This document shows, in pieces, positions 10,587 through 18,686 of a stretch of DNA of 64,000 nucleotides. The notes beneath the pieces were generated by a model. The model had not been told where the DNA came from, made no database searches, and saw only the letters and a program-made list of their open reading frames with translations. Numbering within the stretch: position 1 is the first letter of the stretch; every line of letters begins with the position of its first letter. The stretch is from assembly GCA_944381115.1 (NCBI GenBank), contig CALWJV010000008.1, positions 69,613 to 133,612 of the forward strand. Direction: 5' to 3'. A program made the translations under genes and the position numbers. Origin of the DNA: an uncultured Clostridia bacterium (GTDB lineage: Bacteria; Bacillota; Clostridia; Oscillospirales; CAG-272).

Positions 10587-11240
10587 ATGGAACTTCAAAA
10601 CATTTCGGCAAATTTTCTCGGAGATAGTATAACAGAAGGGCACGGAGCAAGCGGAAAAGACAAGGCATATCATGCAATTTTGGCAAAAAAAACAGGAATG
10701 AAAGTTGCAAGAAACTATGGCATTGGAGGAACAAGAATAGCAGATCAAAAGAACAGATCGAAAGACAGTGAAAGTAACCGTTCATTTTGCGAAAGATTTT
10801 CTTCAATGGAAGATGATGCACAACTCGTTGTTGTTTTCGGCGGTACAAACGACTTTGGACACGGAGATGCTCCAATCGGATGCATGTCGGACAGAAATCC
10901 GAGTACTTTTTACGGAGCGTGTCATTTTCTGATGGAGGGATTAATAAAAAAATACCCTTATTCTACAATTGTCATTATGACACCGATCCACAGATGTTCG
11001 GAGGACGCAACAGTTAATGAACAAGGATTGCGATCGGTACCACTTAAAGAGTACGTAAGAATAATAAAAGAAGTTGCAGAATACTATGCACTGCCGTTGC
11101 TTGACCTTTGGTCTGTAAGCGGGATACAGCCAAAGGTTGAGACAAACAAAAAACTTTACTGTCCCGACGGACTTCATCCGAATGACAAAGGACATGAACT
11201 TATAGCTCAAAGGCTGGAAGGATTTTTGAAAACTCTGTGA
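10587..11240 (+). CDS. SGNH/GDSL-family hydrolase
   Basis: 217 aa. Block I is GDSITEG, block III is GGTNDFG and block V is DGLHPNDKGH. Confidence 0.8.
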   Translation: MELQNISANFLGDSITEGHGASGKDKAYHAILAKKTGMKVARNYGIGGTRIADQKNRSKDSESNRSFCERFSSMEDDAQLVVVFGGTNDFGHGDAPIGCMSDRNPSTFYGACHFLMEGLIKKYPYSTIVIMTPIHRCSEDATVNEQGLRSVPLKEYVRIIKEVAEYYALPLLDLWSVSGIQPKVETNKKLYCPDGLHPNDKGHELIAQRLEGFLKTL

Positions 11241-11297
11241 TAAAGACCAATATTTTAATTTGTCAAACAGTATTTAAACTTTGAAAAGGAGAAAAAT

Positions 11298-12149
11298 ATG
11301 AAATATTTTCAAATAGGAGCAATAATTGACTCATTTAAACTTCCTACAATGGAGGCAATAAAAAAAGTTAAAGAGGTCGGTGCGACGGGATTTCAGATGT
11401 ATGCAACTAACGGAGAAAATTCTCCGGAAAATCTTACCAAAGACAAAAGAAAAGAACTTCTTAAGTACATAAAAGATAACGGTCTTACAGTCAGTGCAAT
11501 ATGTGGAGATTTAGGTCAAGGTTTTGGAAATGCCGAAAAAAATCCTGCACTTATTGAAAAATCAAAGAGAATAATGGAACTTGCAAAGGACCTGGAAACA
11601 AATATTGTTACGACACATATAGGTGTTGTACCGAACGATGAAAAGCATCCGCGTTACTCGGTCATGCAGAGAGCGTGCCTTGAACTTGCGGAGGCAGCCG
11701 AATCCATGGATGCACACTTTGCAGTAGAGACTGGTCCCGAGACCGCTGCAGTGCTTAAAAGGTTTCTTGATTCATTGAACTCAAAGGGGGTAGCAGTAAA
11801 TCTTGATCCTGCAAACTTTGTTATGGTAACCGGGGATGATCCGGTCCGGGCAGTTTATACTCTAAAAGATTATATTGTTCATACACATGCCAAAGACGGC
11901 GTAAAACTTTACGATAATGACGGTGAATCAATTTACGGCGCAACCGGAGATCCACTTGTGACTGCACCTTCTTTCAGAGAGGAACCTCTCGGAAAAGGAA
12001 ACGTTGATTTTGATAATTATCTTAAAGCGTTGCACGATATAGGATACAATGGGTTTCTCACTATTGAAAGAGAGGTAGGTGATGATCCCATAGGAGATAT
12101 TACCCGAGCCGTTGAATTTTTAAAGAAAAAAATAGAGAAGATGGCATAG
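11298..12149 (+). CDS. Sugar phosphate isomerase/epimerase (xylose isomerase-like TIM barrel)
   Basis: 283 aa. The pattern HIGV...VETG...NLDPAN...HTHAKDG...LTIERE is typical of the AP_endonuc_2 TIM-barrel family. An AGGAGA SD lies upstream. Confidence 0.75.
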   Translation: MKYFQIGAIIDSFKLPTMEAIKKVKEVGATGFQMYATNGENSPENLTKDKRKELLKYIKDNGLTVSAICGDLGQGFGNAEKNPALIEKSKRIMELAKDLETNIVTTHIGVVPNDEKHPRYSVMQRACLELAEAAESMDAHFAVETGPETAAVLKRFLDSLNSKGVAVNLDPANFVMVTGDDPVRAVYTLKDYIVHTHAKDGVKLYDNDGESIYGATGDPLVTAPSFREEPLGKGNVDFDNYLKALHDIGYNGFLTIEREVGDDPIGDITRAVEFLKKKIEKMA

Positions 12150-12262
12150 TTTAACAACAATATCTGAAATCAACACTAAGATAATTCAAATGATGAATTT
12201 CAAACACTTATTTTAATTTGTGTTAAATAATAAAAAATTTTTAAACTTGATTGTTCTATTAT

Positions 12263-12308
12263 AAAAATCGCTTCAGTACATTTCTGATTTTGTACTGAAG
12301 CGATTTTT
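12263..12308. terminator. Bidirectional intrinsic terminator between convergent genes
   Basis: A perfect stem pairs ATCGCTTCAGTACA with TGTACTGAAGCGAT. It is flanked by an A-run upstream and a T-run downstream, so it can function on both strands. Confidence 0.7.
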
Positions 12309-12341
12309 TAATAAGTTGGTTTAGAGTAATTTAAATAAAAA

Positions 12342-13901
12342 TCAATACGTAACGGTAATTTTATAATACTTTGTATCAACTTTTAAGAGATAAATTGAGG
12401 TTTTGTTTTCATAGTAAGTTGTACTTTGTGTAACATTACCGGTGTATGAAGCAAATTCGCTTTTATCACTTTTATAAAGTTTTGTAGTAGTTGATCCTTC
12501 AGAAGTGGTTTTTACGGCATAAATACCTGCAATATTAAGATCCAAAAATCTTTGATTTTCCGAATAGTCAACTATTTTTGTAAATGTACCGTCAAAGAGA
12601 TAGTAATCTTTATTTCCGTTCTCGTCTGCGGAAGAAAGAATTATGTTACTGCCGACGAAATCTTCATATTGATATTCGACTAAACCGTTTTTAAGATCCT
12701 GAATTTTTGTGGGATCAGATTTTCCGTCAGTTGCAAAGGCATAGATTGCATTTTGTGTTAACAGGTATTTTTCGGTTACAATATCAACACCGTTTGCTTT
12801 TGTAATAATATTGACTTTTTTATCCAGTATATATTGGTTACCGTCTGTGGCCTTTGCAAAAAGGTATCCGTTTCCTATCGGTAAGATTCTAGTGAAACGC
12901 TTATCAAAAATATAAGTATAATTTCCGTTCTTTTCGTTTAGTGAAACATAATATGATTGTGAACTATCAATTCTTTTATCTTCAATTTTATAAATTTCTG
13001 CAGTGTTGGTAATATCTTTTTTGAAATAGTTTAAGCCTTCATCATCAAGATCAACAGCATCAATGCTTTTTATAAAAATATCAAGATCAAGTTCTTTTTC
13101 AGAAAGATCGGAAGACTTTATAATTTTATGTATGATATTTGCCTTATCACCTTCTGCAAAAACTTCGTATTCGCTTGAATCATTCGGAAGAATGTCAATA
13201 TATTGCACAAGTATATTTCCGTCTTTGAGAATAAAAGCATTTGTTCCCTTAGCATATCCTGGATAGTTATACGTGCCTATGTATTTATAGTGTGAGTCAT
13301 ATACAGTAAATCCTGTTGTTGACATTTTAACATAATAATCGCTGAATTTGTAACTGCTCGGCTCGCATTCAGGTATATCACCGTTAAGCGACAAATAGGA
13401 TGAAGTTTCTTTAATTTCAAAAGTTTTTAAGTCATAGCGGTAAAGGTTTTCACCGATCAAAATACTGTCATTTATAAAATATGGTGCTGTTTGGGAACTT
13501 GAAAGTGTTGTACCGTCAGCCTTGAGTACAGAATAATTTTTATTTTCGTAAATTATTATAAATGCTCCGTTATCGGCAATTTTAATAGAGGAATTTCCGT
13601 TTAAAATATCATCTGCAGAAAATGTCTTTTCCAGAATTGTGGCTCCGGTTTTGAGGTTTATGGCTTTAAAAGCAGTGGAATCCGGGTCCGTATTTGTTTT
13701 TGAAAAGATTGCAAGAGAGTTTCTTGAATGATCTAAGGTAAATCCGTCACCAACTGCAATTTCAGAAACGGCATGGTTTTTTGGGAGTTGTGACTCGCTG
13801 ATTTTATCTGAAGAAAATTTTAAAGTGCCTTCGCTGCCGCATGAAGCAAAAATCATTACGAGGCAGAGAAGAAGGGCAGTAAGTGATATAAATTTTTTCA
13901 T
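12342..13901 (-). CDS. Hypothetical lipoprotein, paralog A (possible beta-propeller-like repeat protein)
   Basis: I chose the start at MKKFISL (13901) because AGGAGG lies just upstream, inside the longer listed ORF. The lipobox is IFASCGS. It aligns along its whole length with the adjacent 520-aa protein, for example through shared ENLYRYDL, YTVLKADGTTLS, AIYAFA-DGKS-P-KIQDLK and DYYLFDGTFT. Confidence 0.7.
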   Translation of the reverse strand: MKKFISLTALLLCLVMIFASCGSEGTLKFSSDKISESQLPKNHAVSEIAVGDGFTLDHSRNSLAIFSKTNTDPDSTAFKAINLKTGATILEKTFSADDILNGNSSIKIADNGAFIIIYENKNYSVLKADGTTLSSSQTAPYFINDSILIGENLYRYDLKTFEIKETSSYLSLNGDIPECEPSSYKFSDYYVKMSTTGFTVYDSHYKYIGTYNYPGYAKGTNAFILKDGNILVQYIDILPNDSSEYEVFAEGDKANIIHKIIKSSDLSEKELDLDIFIKSIDAVDLDDEGLNYFKKDITNTAEIYKIEDKRIDSSQSYYVSLNEKNGNYTYIFDKRFTRILPIGNGYLFAKATDGNQYILDKKVNIITKANGVDIVTEKYLLTQNAIYAFATDGKSDPTKIQDLKNGLVEYQYEDFVGSNIILSSADENGNKDYYLFDGTFTKIVDYSENQRFLDLNIAGIYAVKTTSEGSTTTKLYKSDKSEFASYTGNVTQSTTYYENKTSIYLLKVDTKYYKITVTY

Positions 13902-13955
13902 TACAAATCCTCCTAACATATGATATATTGTGAAATAAAATATTTTAAATCATTA

Positions 13956-15518
13956 TTACATTGAAGATATTATTGTGAAATATTTAGAATCTGCACTAAT
14001 AAGAGTTATAGTTTTGTTATCGTTGCCGTATTTGTATTCTATATTTATAACTCCGTTATAAGTTGCAAGTGCGGTTTTATCTGATTTATAAACCGTTGTG
14101 GTTGTTTGACCTTCAGAGATATTTTCAACTGCATACACACCGGTAATATCAAGCTTTTCAACAAAACTCTGATTTGCTGAGTAATCAGCGATAATCGTAA
14201 ACGTTCCGTCAAACAAGTAATAATCCAGGTTACCGTTTTCATCTTCAGCGGATAGTATGAGGTTGTTTCCGGTGTTAGAAACATATTGGTATTCAACAGA
14301 GTCTGTCTTTAAGTCCTGAATTTTTGAAGGAGCGGATTTTCCGTCGGATGCAAAAGCGTAGATTGCTGAATCGGTTACAATGTATTTTTCGGTTGCGTCT
14401 ATAATACCGTTTGCACCGCAAATAATATTTTGGTTTTTATCAATTATAGTTAAATTAAGATCTTTTGATATTCCGGCAAGATACCCGCTTCCGAGTATTG
14501 AAACCGTAAGATATTTTTCATCAAAAAGTTCTTTAATTTTTCCGTCGTTTTCCAATGAAACAGTTTTTTTATTTTTGGTATCATATTTCTTGTTTTCTAT
14601 TTCATAAATACTTGCGATATTATGGATATCACTTTTAAACAAATTTATACTTTTATTTCCGATGGCAATTTCAGTATCAGCGACAACAAAATCCAGATCA
14701 AGATTTTTTTCGGAAAGATTTTTAGGGTTTATTATCTTTTGTACAATGTTAAATTTTTCATTTTCAAAAATAAGGTCATACTGACTTTCATCATCCGGAA
14801 GAGCAATTAAGTATTGAACAAATACTTTTCCTTCATTAAGTATAAAGATATCAGCATCTACAGCATAACCGGGAATAAAGTAATTTCCGATGTAATTATA
14901 TTCTTTATCATATACAGCGAAACTGTTTTCGAACGTTTTGATATAAAAATCGCTGTATTTGTAACTGTTTAAGTTACATTGTGGTATAGCACCGTTAAGT
15001 AAAGAATATTTGAATGTTTCTTTGATTTCATAAGTATCAAGGTCGTAGCGGTACAGATTTTCGCCAATCAAAATGTTGTCGTTTACAAATTGCGGTTCTG
15101 TTGTTGAAGTTGAAAGAGTTGTTCCGTCCGCTTTGAGGACAGTGTACGTTTTGTTTTCGTAAACGATTATGAAATCAGCACCATTTGAAGGGAAGGCAAC
15201 ATATCCATTGCCTTCACTGAGATACGAATTGGAAAATAATTTTTCCAGAACAACTGTACCGTTGGAAAGATTTATGATTTTGAAAGAAGTGCTGTCTGGG
15301 TTTTTGGTCGAGTTTTTAAACATAGCAAGGTTTTTGCCGCTTGAATCATAGACAAAGCCTCCATCAACAGATGTAAGTTCTGAAGATGTAATTGTTTTGG
15401 GGAGTAATGATTCAGATAGTTTTTTTTCATCGATTTTTATCCTGCCGACCCCGCTACAGGAAGAGAAAACCATCAAAGTGCAAATTAGAAGTGAAAGTGC
15501 AGAAATAAGTTTTTTCAC
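13956..15518 (-). CDS. Hypothetical lipoprotein, paralog B
   Basis: GTG start with AGGAGG 8 nt upstream. The signal peptide plus lipobox is VFSSCSG. It is a full-length paralog of 12342-13901, with only 54 nt between the two genes. Confidence 0.7.
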   Translation of the reverse strand: MKKLISALSLLICTLMVFSSCSGVGRIKIDEKKLSESLLPKTITSSELTSVDGGFVYDSSGKNLAMFKNSTKNPDSTSFKIINLSNGTVVLEKLFSNSYLSEGNGYVAFPSNGADFIIVYENKTYTVLKADGTTLSTSTTEPQFVNDNILIGENLYRYDLDTYEIKETFKYSLLNGAIPQCNLNSYKYSDFYIKTFENSFAVYDKEYNYIGNYFIPGYAVDADIFILNEGKVFVQYLIALPDDESQYDLIFENEKFNIVQKIINPKNLSEKNLDLDFVVADTEIAIGNKSINLFKSDIHNIASIYEIENKKYDTKNKKTVSLENDGKIKELFDEKYLTVSILGSGYLAGISKDLNLTIIDKNQNIICGANGIIDATEKYIVTDSAIYAFASDGKSAPSKIQDLKTDSVEYQYVSNTGNNLILSAEDENGNLDYYLFDGTFTIIADYSANQSFVEKLDITGVYAVENISEGQTTTTVYKSDKTALATYNGVINIEYKYGNDNKTITLISADSKYFTIISSM

Positions 15519-15560
15519 TTAAAAATCCTCCTTTTTGTTAATATTTTAAGGTATATTTTT

Positions 15561-15709
15561 TTATACCTTTGTCATTATAATAGCATTTTTAAATAGTTTT
15601 GTCAATAGTTTTTATATAAAAATAATTATTGCTTTAAAATTTTATACCTTTGTCATTATAATAGCATTTATAAATAGTTTTTATATAAAAATAATTATTG
15701 CTTTAAAAT
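15561..15709. repeat. Imperfect tandem direct repeat (about 80 bp plus 68 bp) in an intergenic region
   Basis: Copy 1 (15561-15640) and copy 2 (15642-15709) are near-identical (TTATACCTTTGTCATTATAATAGCATTT...AATAATTATTGCTTTAAAAT). Copy 1 carries an extra 12 bp, GTCAATAGTTTT. Confidence 0.85.
15577..15605 (-). promoter_or_regulatory. Putative sigma-A promoter of the lipoprotein pair
   Basis: On the minus strand, TTGACA (15605-15600) is followed by 17 nt and then TGcTATTAT (-10 at 15582-15577). This sits about 60 nt upstream of the GTG start. The -35 lies inside the 12-bp insertion of repeat copy 1. Confidence 0.4.
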
Positions 15710-15722
15710 AATGAAAAGATAT

Positions 15723-16523
15723 CTATGTTTTAATATCACTGTCAATAATCATTTTTATTGCAGACGCGACTCCGTCATTATTTGAAGTGTCGGTAACATA
15801 ATTGCAAAGTTTTTTTACGTTTTCGGGGGCGTTACCCATCGCAAAGGAGATGGCCGCGTATTTCAGCATTTCCGTATCGTTGAGCGAATCACCTATCGCG
15901 ACAGTACTTTCGTGAGGTATCGACAGTTCTTTTTCGGCTATTTTGATTGCCATTCCCTTACTGAATCCCTTGGGGACCGCTTCAGCGTAAGCGGGGTGCA
16001 CGATGACATCGAAATCATTTCCAAGATTTTCGAACAGACCTTTAGGGTAATCCCCGTCGGTTTTGTTAAAGCAAAATTTCTGAACATGAAGGTCTTTGTA
16101 CACTGGGTTTAATTCATCTGCATTTTTAAATTCAATATATTTATCGGAAATATACCAAGGCATAACTTTTCCTTGGTAATAATTGTTGTTAAGATCTTCA
16201 ATAACAATTGAAAAATTACGAATTTTGAATTTTTCAATGTTATGCAAGGTCTTTTTTACTTTTTCGCCGTCCAGAAAATTTTTATATATTACTTTACCGT
16301 GATAAGTTATATATGTTCCGCAACCGGAACATATGCCGTCAAACACATCAGTGGGAAAAATTTCCTTTGGTACCAACCAATGAGGGCGTGCCGTATTGAT
16401 AAAAAAATTACTGCCGCTTTTTTTAGCATCAATAATTGCTGAAAAAACTTTGTCGGAAATTTTATTTTTTCCGTATGGAAGAAGGGTATTATCTATATCA
16501 AGAAAAAAATTAAATTTTTTCAT
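15723..16523 (-). CDS. Cof-type HAD-IIB family hydrolase (sugar-phosphatase-like)
   Basis: 266 aa. HAD motif I is FLDIDNTLL, motif II is NTARP, and motifs III/IV are GFSKG...IGDSLNDTEML. Confidence 0.85.
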   Translation of the reverse strand: MKKFNFFLDIDNTLLPYGKNKISDKVFSAIIDAKKSGSNFFINTARPHWLVPKEIFPTDVFDGICSGCGTYITYHGKVIYKNFLDGEKVKKTLHNIEKFKIRNFSIVIEDLNNNYYQGKVMPWYISDKYIEFKNADELNPVYKDLHVQKFCFNKTDGDYPKGLFENLGNDFDVIVHPAYAEAVPKGFSKGMAIKIAEKELSIPHESTVAIGDSLNDTEMLKYAAISFAMGNAPENVKKLCNYVTDTSNNDGVASAIKMIIDSDIKT

Positions 16524-16582
16524 TATATTTTCCTTTCGTGATTTTAAAATATTTAAAAAAGAAAAATTTTATAGAAAATTTT

Positions 16583-17368
16583 TTATATCTGATCAATTAA
16601 TTTAAAAATTGCCTTAGCAACACCGTTTTTTTCTGTAGTATCGGTAACAAAATCACAGATATTTTTTACCTCAGCGGGAGCATTTTCCATTGCAACCGAA
16701 ACAGCAGCGTATTTTAGCATATCTGTATCATTTAACGAATCTCCTATAGCAACGGTTAATTCATGGGGAAGAGACAATTTTTCCTCAATTATTTTTATGA
16801 GAGCTGCTTTTCCGTGACCGATAAGAAATCCCTTCTGCATAGGTTGGGTGAATGACCGTTGTAAAATACTTTTCAAGTTCTTTGAGTACATCGGATTCAG
16901 GAGACATACAATGCTCTGATATAACGTATTTTTGCAATTTTTCGTTTTTAAATACTGTGTCAAAATCATTTGGAGAATATATTGGTAAATATATATCATT
17001 ATTGTAATTTGGAAGTTTTTTGCCAATATAATAACGATGTTTCAAGCCGCCTATATTGAAATTTATTTTGTATTTTTTCCAATAAGTATATTTAGAAGGT
17101 CACGTATATCTTTTTTCGGCATAAAATGAAAATATAAAACTTTATTGTGATGTGTTATGTAATCACCGCCGGAACATATTCCGTCAAAATATTCTCCGGT
17201 GAAAATATTTTTGTATACTGTACAGTAAGGGCGCCCTGTGTTTACAAAAAATTTGCACCCTAATGTTCGGGCAAATTTTATTGCGTCGAGATTTTCTTTT
17301 GAAATTACTTTTTGACCTTCCGGTATCAAAGTACCGTCTATGTCAAGAAAAAAGTTATAAATTTTCAT
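16583..17368 (-). pseudogene. Disrupted paralog of the adjacent Cof-type HAD hydrolase
   Basis: Three ORF fragments are collinear with the intact neighbour. The N-terminal fragment is MKIYNFFLDIDGTL...IGKNTK followed by a stop at 17063. The middle fragment ...VIHPTYAEG is in another frame. The C-terminal fragment is GHGKAA...AIGDSLNDTDMLKYAA. The total span (786 nt) equals a full-length gene, so there is at least one stop and one frameshift. Confidence 0.75.
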
Positions 17369-17461
17369 TTTTGTTCCTGTTAAGTATTCACGACAGCCCC
17401 GCCGATATTCACATCCCGGAATTACATTATAGTGGTGTTTTAAAATATAATTTTTTCGGTT

Positions 17462-17489
17462 TAAAACATTCCAATTAAAACATTCCAAT
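17462..17489. repeat. Perfect 14-bp tandem duplication (TAAAACATTCCAAT x2)
   Basis: Read directly from the sequence. It lies in the spacer between the hydrolase gene and the HAD pseudogene. Confidence 0.9.
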
Positions 17490-17531
17490 ATGCAAAAGTT
17501 TGAAGACGTTATACGGTTACCGTTGCCAACA

Positions 17532-18629
17532 TTATAAAAAGTAGATACTGTCCCTTATGACGGGGTGAACGTCACTGAATATCCAGTCGTGACCGAGTAC
17601 ATGTTGGGCGTAAAAAACAGAAAGTCTGTTCTTTGGGTCTATTGCCGTATAAGACCCTGCCGCGCCGTCCCAGCCGAATTCCTGTTCCGTATCTCCATCG
17701 GACTCAGCTTTTTCCTTATCTGTCATTGAACGGACCCCTAAAGCATAGTTATACCCCGGCTTTACTGGCGGAGTATCCGGGCTTTGTTGATTTTGACGCA
17801 TAAGAACGACGGTTTCCGGCTTTAAAAGTTGATAGCCGTTATAGGAGGTGCCGTTACAGGCAAGAGCGTCTGCAAATTTTATATAGTCATTTACGCAAGA
17901 GAAAAGACCTGCGCCGCCGCTTTCGTAATTTTTACTTAATCTAAACGCGCATGTACAGGGAATTTCATAATATATCCCGTTTTTGTATTTATACTGAGCG
18001 GCAAAACGTTTCTGTTCCTCTTCGGTCGGGAAAAATCCTGTGTTTTCCATGCCGAGCGGGGAGAATATTTCGCTTTTCAAATACTCTCCGAATTTTTTGC
18101 CGGATGCGACCTCGACGACCGCCGCCAGAACATCGTGGCAAAGGCTGTACTGAAATCCCTCTCCGGGTTGAAATTCAAGCGGTTCCTTTATAAAACTTTT
18201 GACCATAGTCAGCGTGTCCGCTTTGTTGTCTGTCTCTTTGCGTACCGTTTTTATTGGCTCAGAGTCAATATTATAATTGAGACCTCCACGCATTGAAAAA
18301 AGGTGACGCACGGTCATTACATTTGTGCAAGGCTTTATGCCTTCGGGAGACTTATATCTAAGAAAAGCATATTCCGGAATATATTTTGATACCGGGTCGT
18401 CAAGACCTATTGTACCCCTTTCGACAAGTCTCATTGCGGCAGTACATGTGATGACTTTTGATGCAGAATAAAGGTAGTAAAGTTCGTCACCCTTTATTAT
18501 TTCTGTTTTTGAGGCGTTTTTAAAGCCGCACATAAAGCGATATATTTCCTTGTGATCCTCCCAGACACAAATATCGCATGAGGGAATATTTTTTGAGATC
18601 AAAAATTCAGCCATATCGTTTGTATGCAT
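17532..18629 (-). CDS. Beta-lactamase-fold serine hydrolase (class C / esterase EstB-like family), apparently cytoplasmic
   Basis: 365 aa. It has the SxxK motif SASK, a Tyr motif (FQYSLCH) and the C-terminal GWDGAAG motif. There is no N-terminal signal peptide. It lies 57 nt downstream of the ABC pair on the same strand. Confidence 0.8.
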   Translation of the reverse strand: MHTNDMAEFLISKNIPSCDICVWEDHKEIYRFMCGFKNASKTEIIKGDELYYLYSASKVITCTAAMRLVERGTIGLDDPVSKYIPEYAFLRYKSPEGIKPCTNVMTVRHLFSMRGGLNYNIDSEPIKTVRKETDNKADTLTMVKSFIKEPLEFQPGEGFQYSLCHDVLAAVVEVASGKKFGEYLKSEIFSPLGMENTGFFPTEEEQKRFAAQYKYKNGIYYEIPCTCAFRLSKNYESGGAGLFSCVNDYIKFADALACNGTSYNGYQLLKPETVVLMRQNQQSPDTPPVKPGYNYALGVRSMTDKEKAESDGDTEQEFGWDGAAGSYTAIDPKNRLSVFYAQHVLGHDWIFSDVHPVIRDSIYFL

Positions 18630-18686
18630 AATTTTCTCCGCCTTACCTCCGTAAAATATTTATTTTTAACTTAGATAAGAGTAAGG

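Noticed and set aside
10338-10875. ORFs of 136 aa and 96 aa on the minus strand across the rluA-SGNH spacer
   Set aside because: They overlap the 3' end of the pseudouridine synthase gene and the 5' end of the SGNH hydrolase gene in antisense, and they have no SD.
15561-15709. Possible CRISPR-like or mobile-element repeat
   Set aside because: There are only two contiguous copies with no spacers. The sequence is AT-rich promoter-like DNA, and no cas or transposase genes are nearby. I treat it as a simple tandem duplication.
12150-17531. Lipoprotein/HAD block as a mobile genomic island
   Set aside because: No integrase, transposase, flanking direct or inverted repeats, or tRNA border is visible. 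Only duplications and terminators are present. I describe it as accessory-looking but cannot call it a mobile element.
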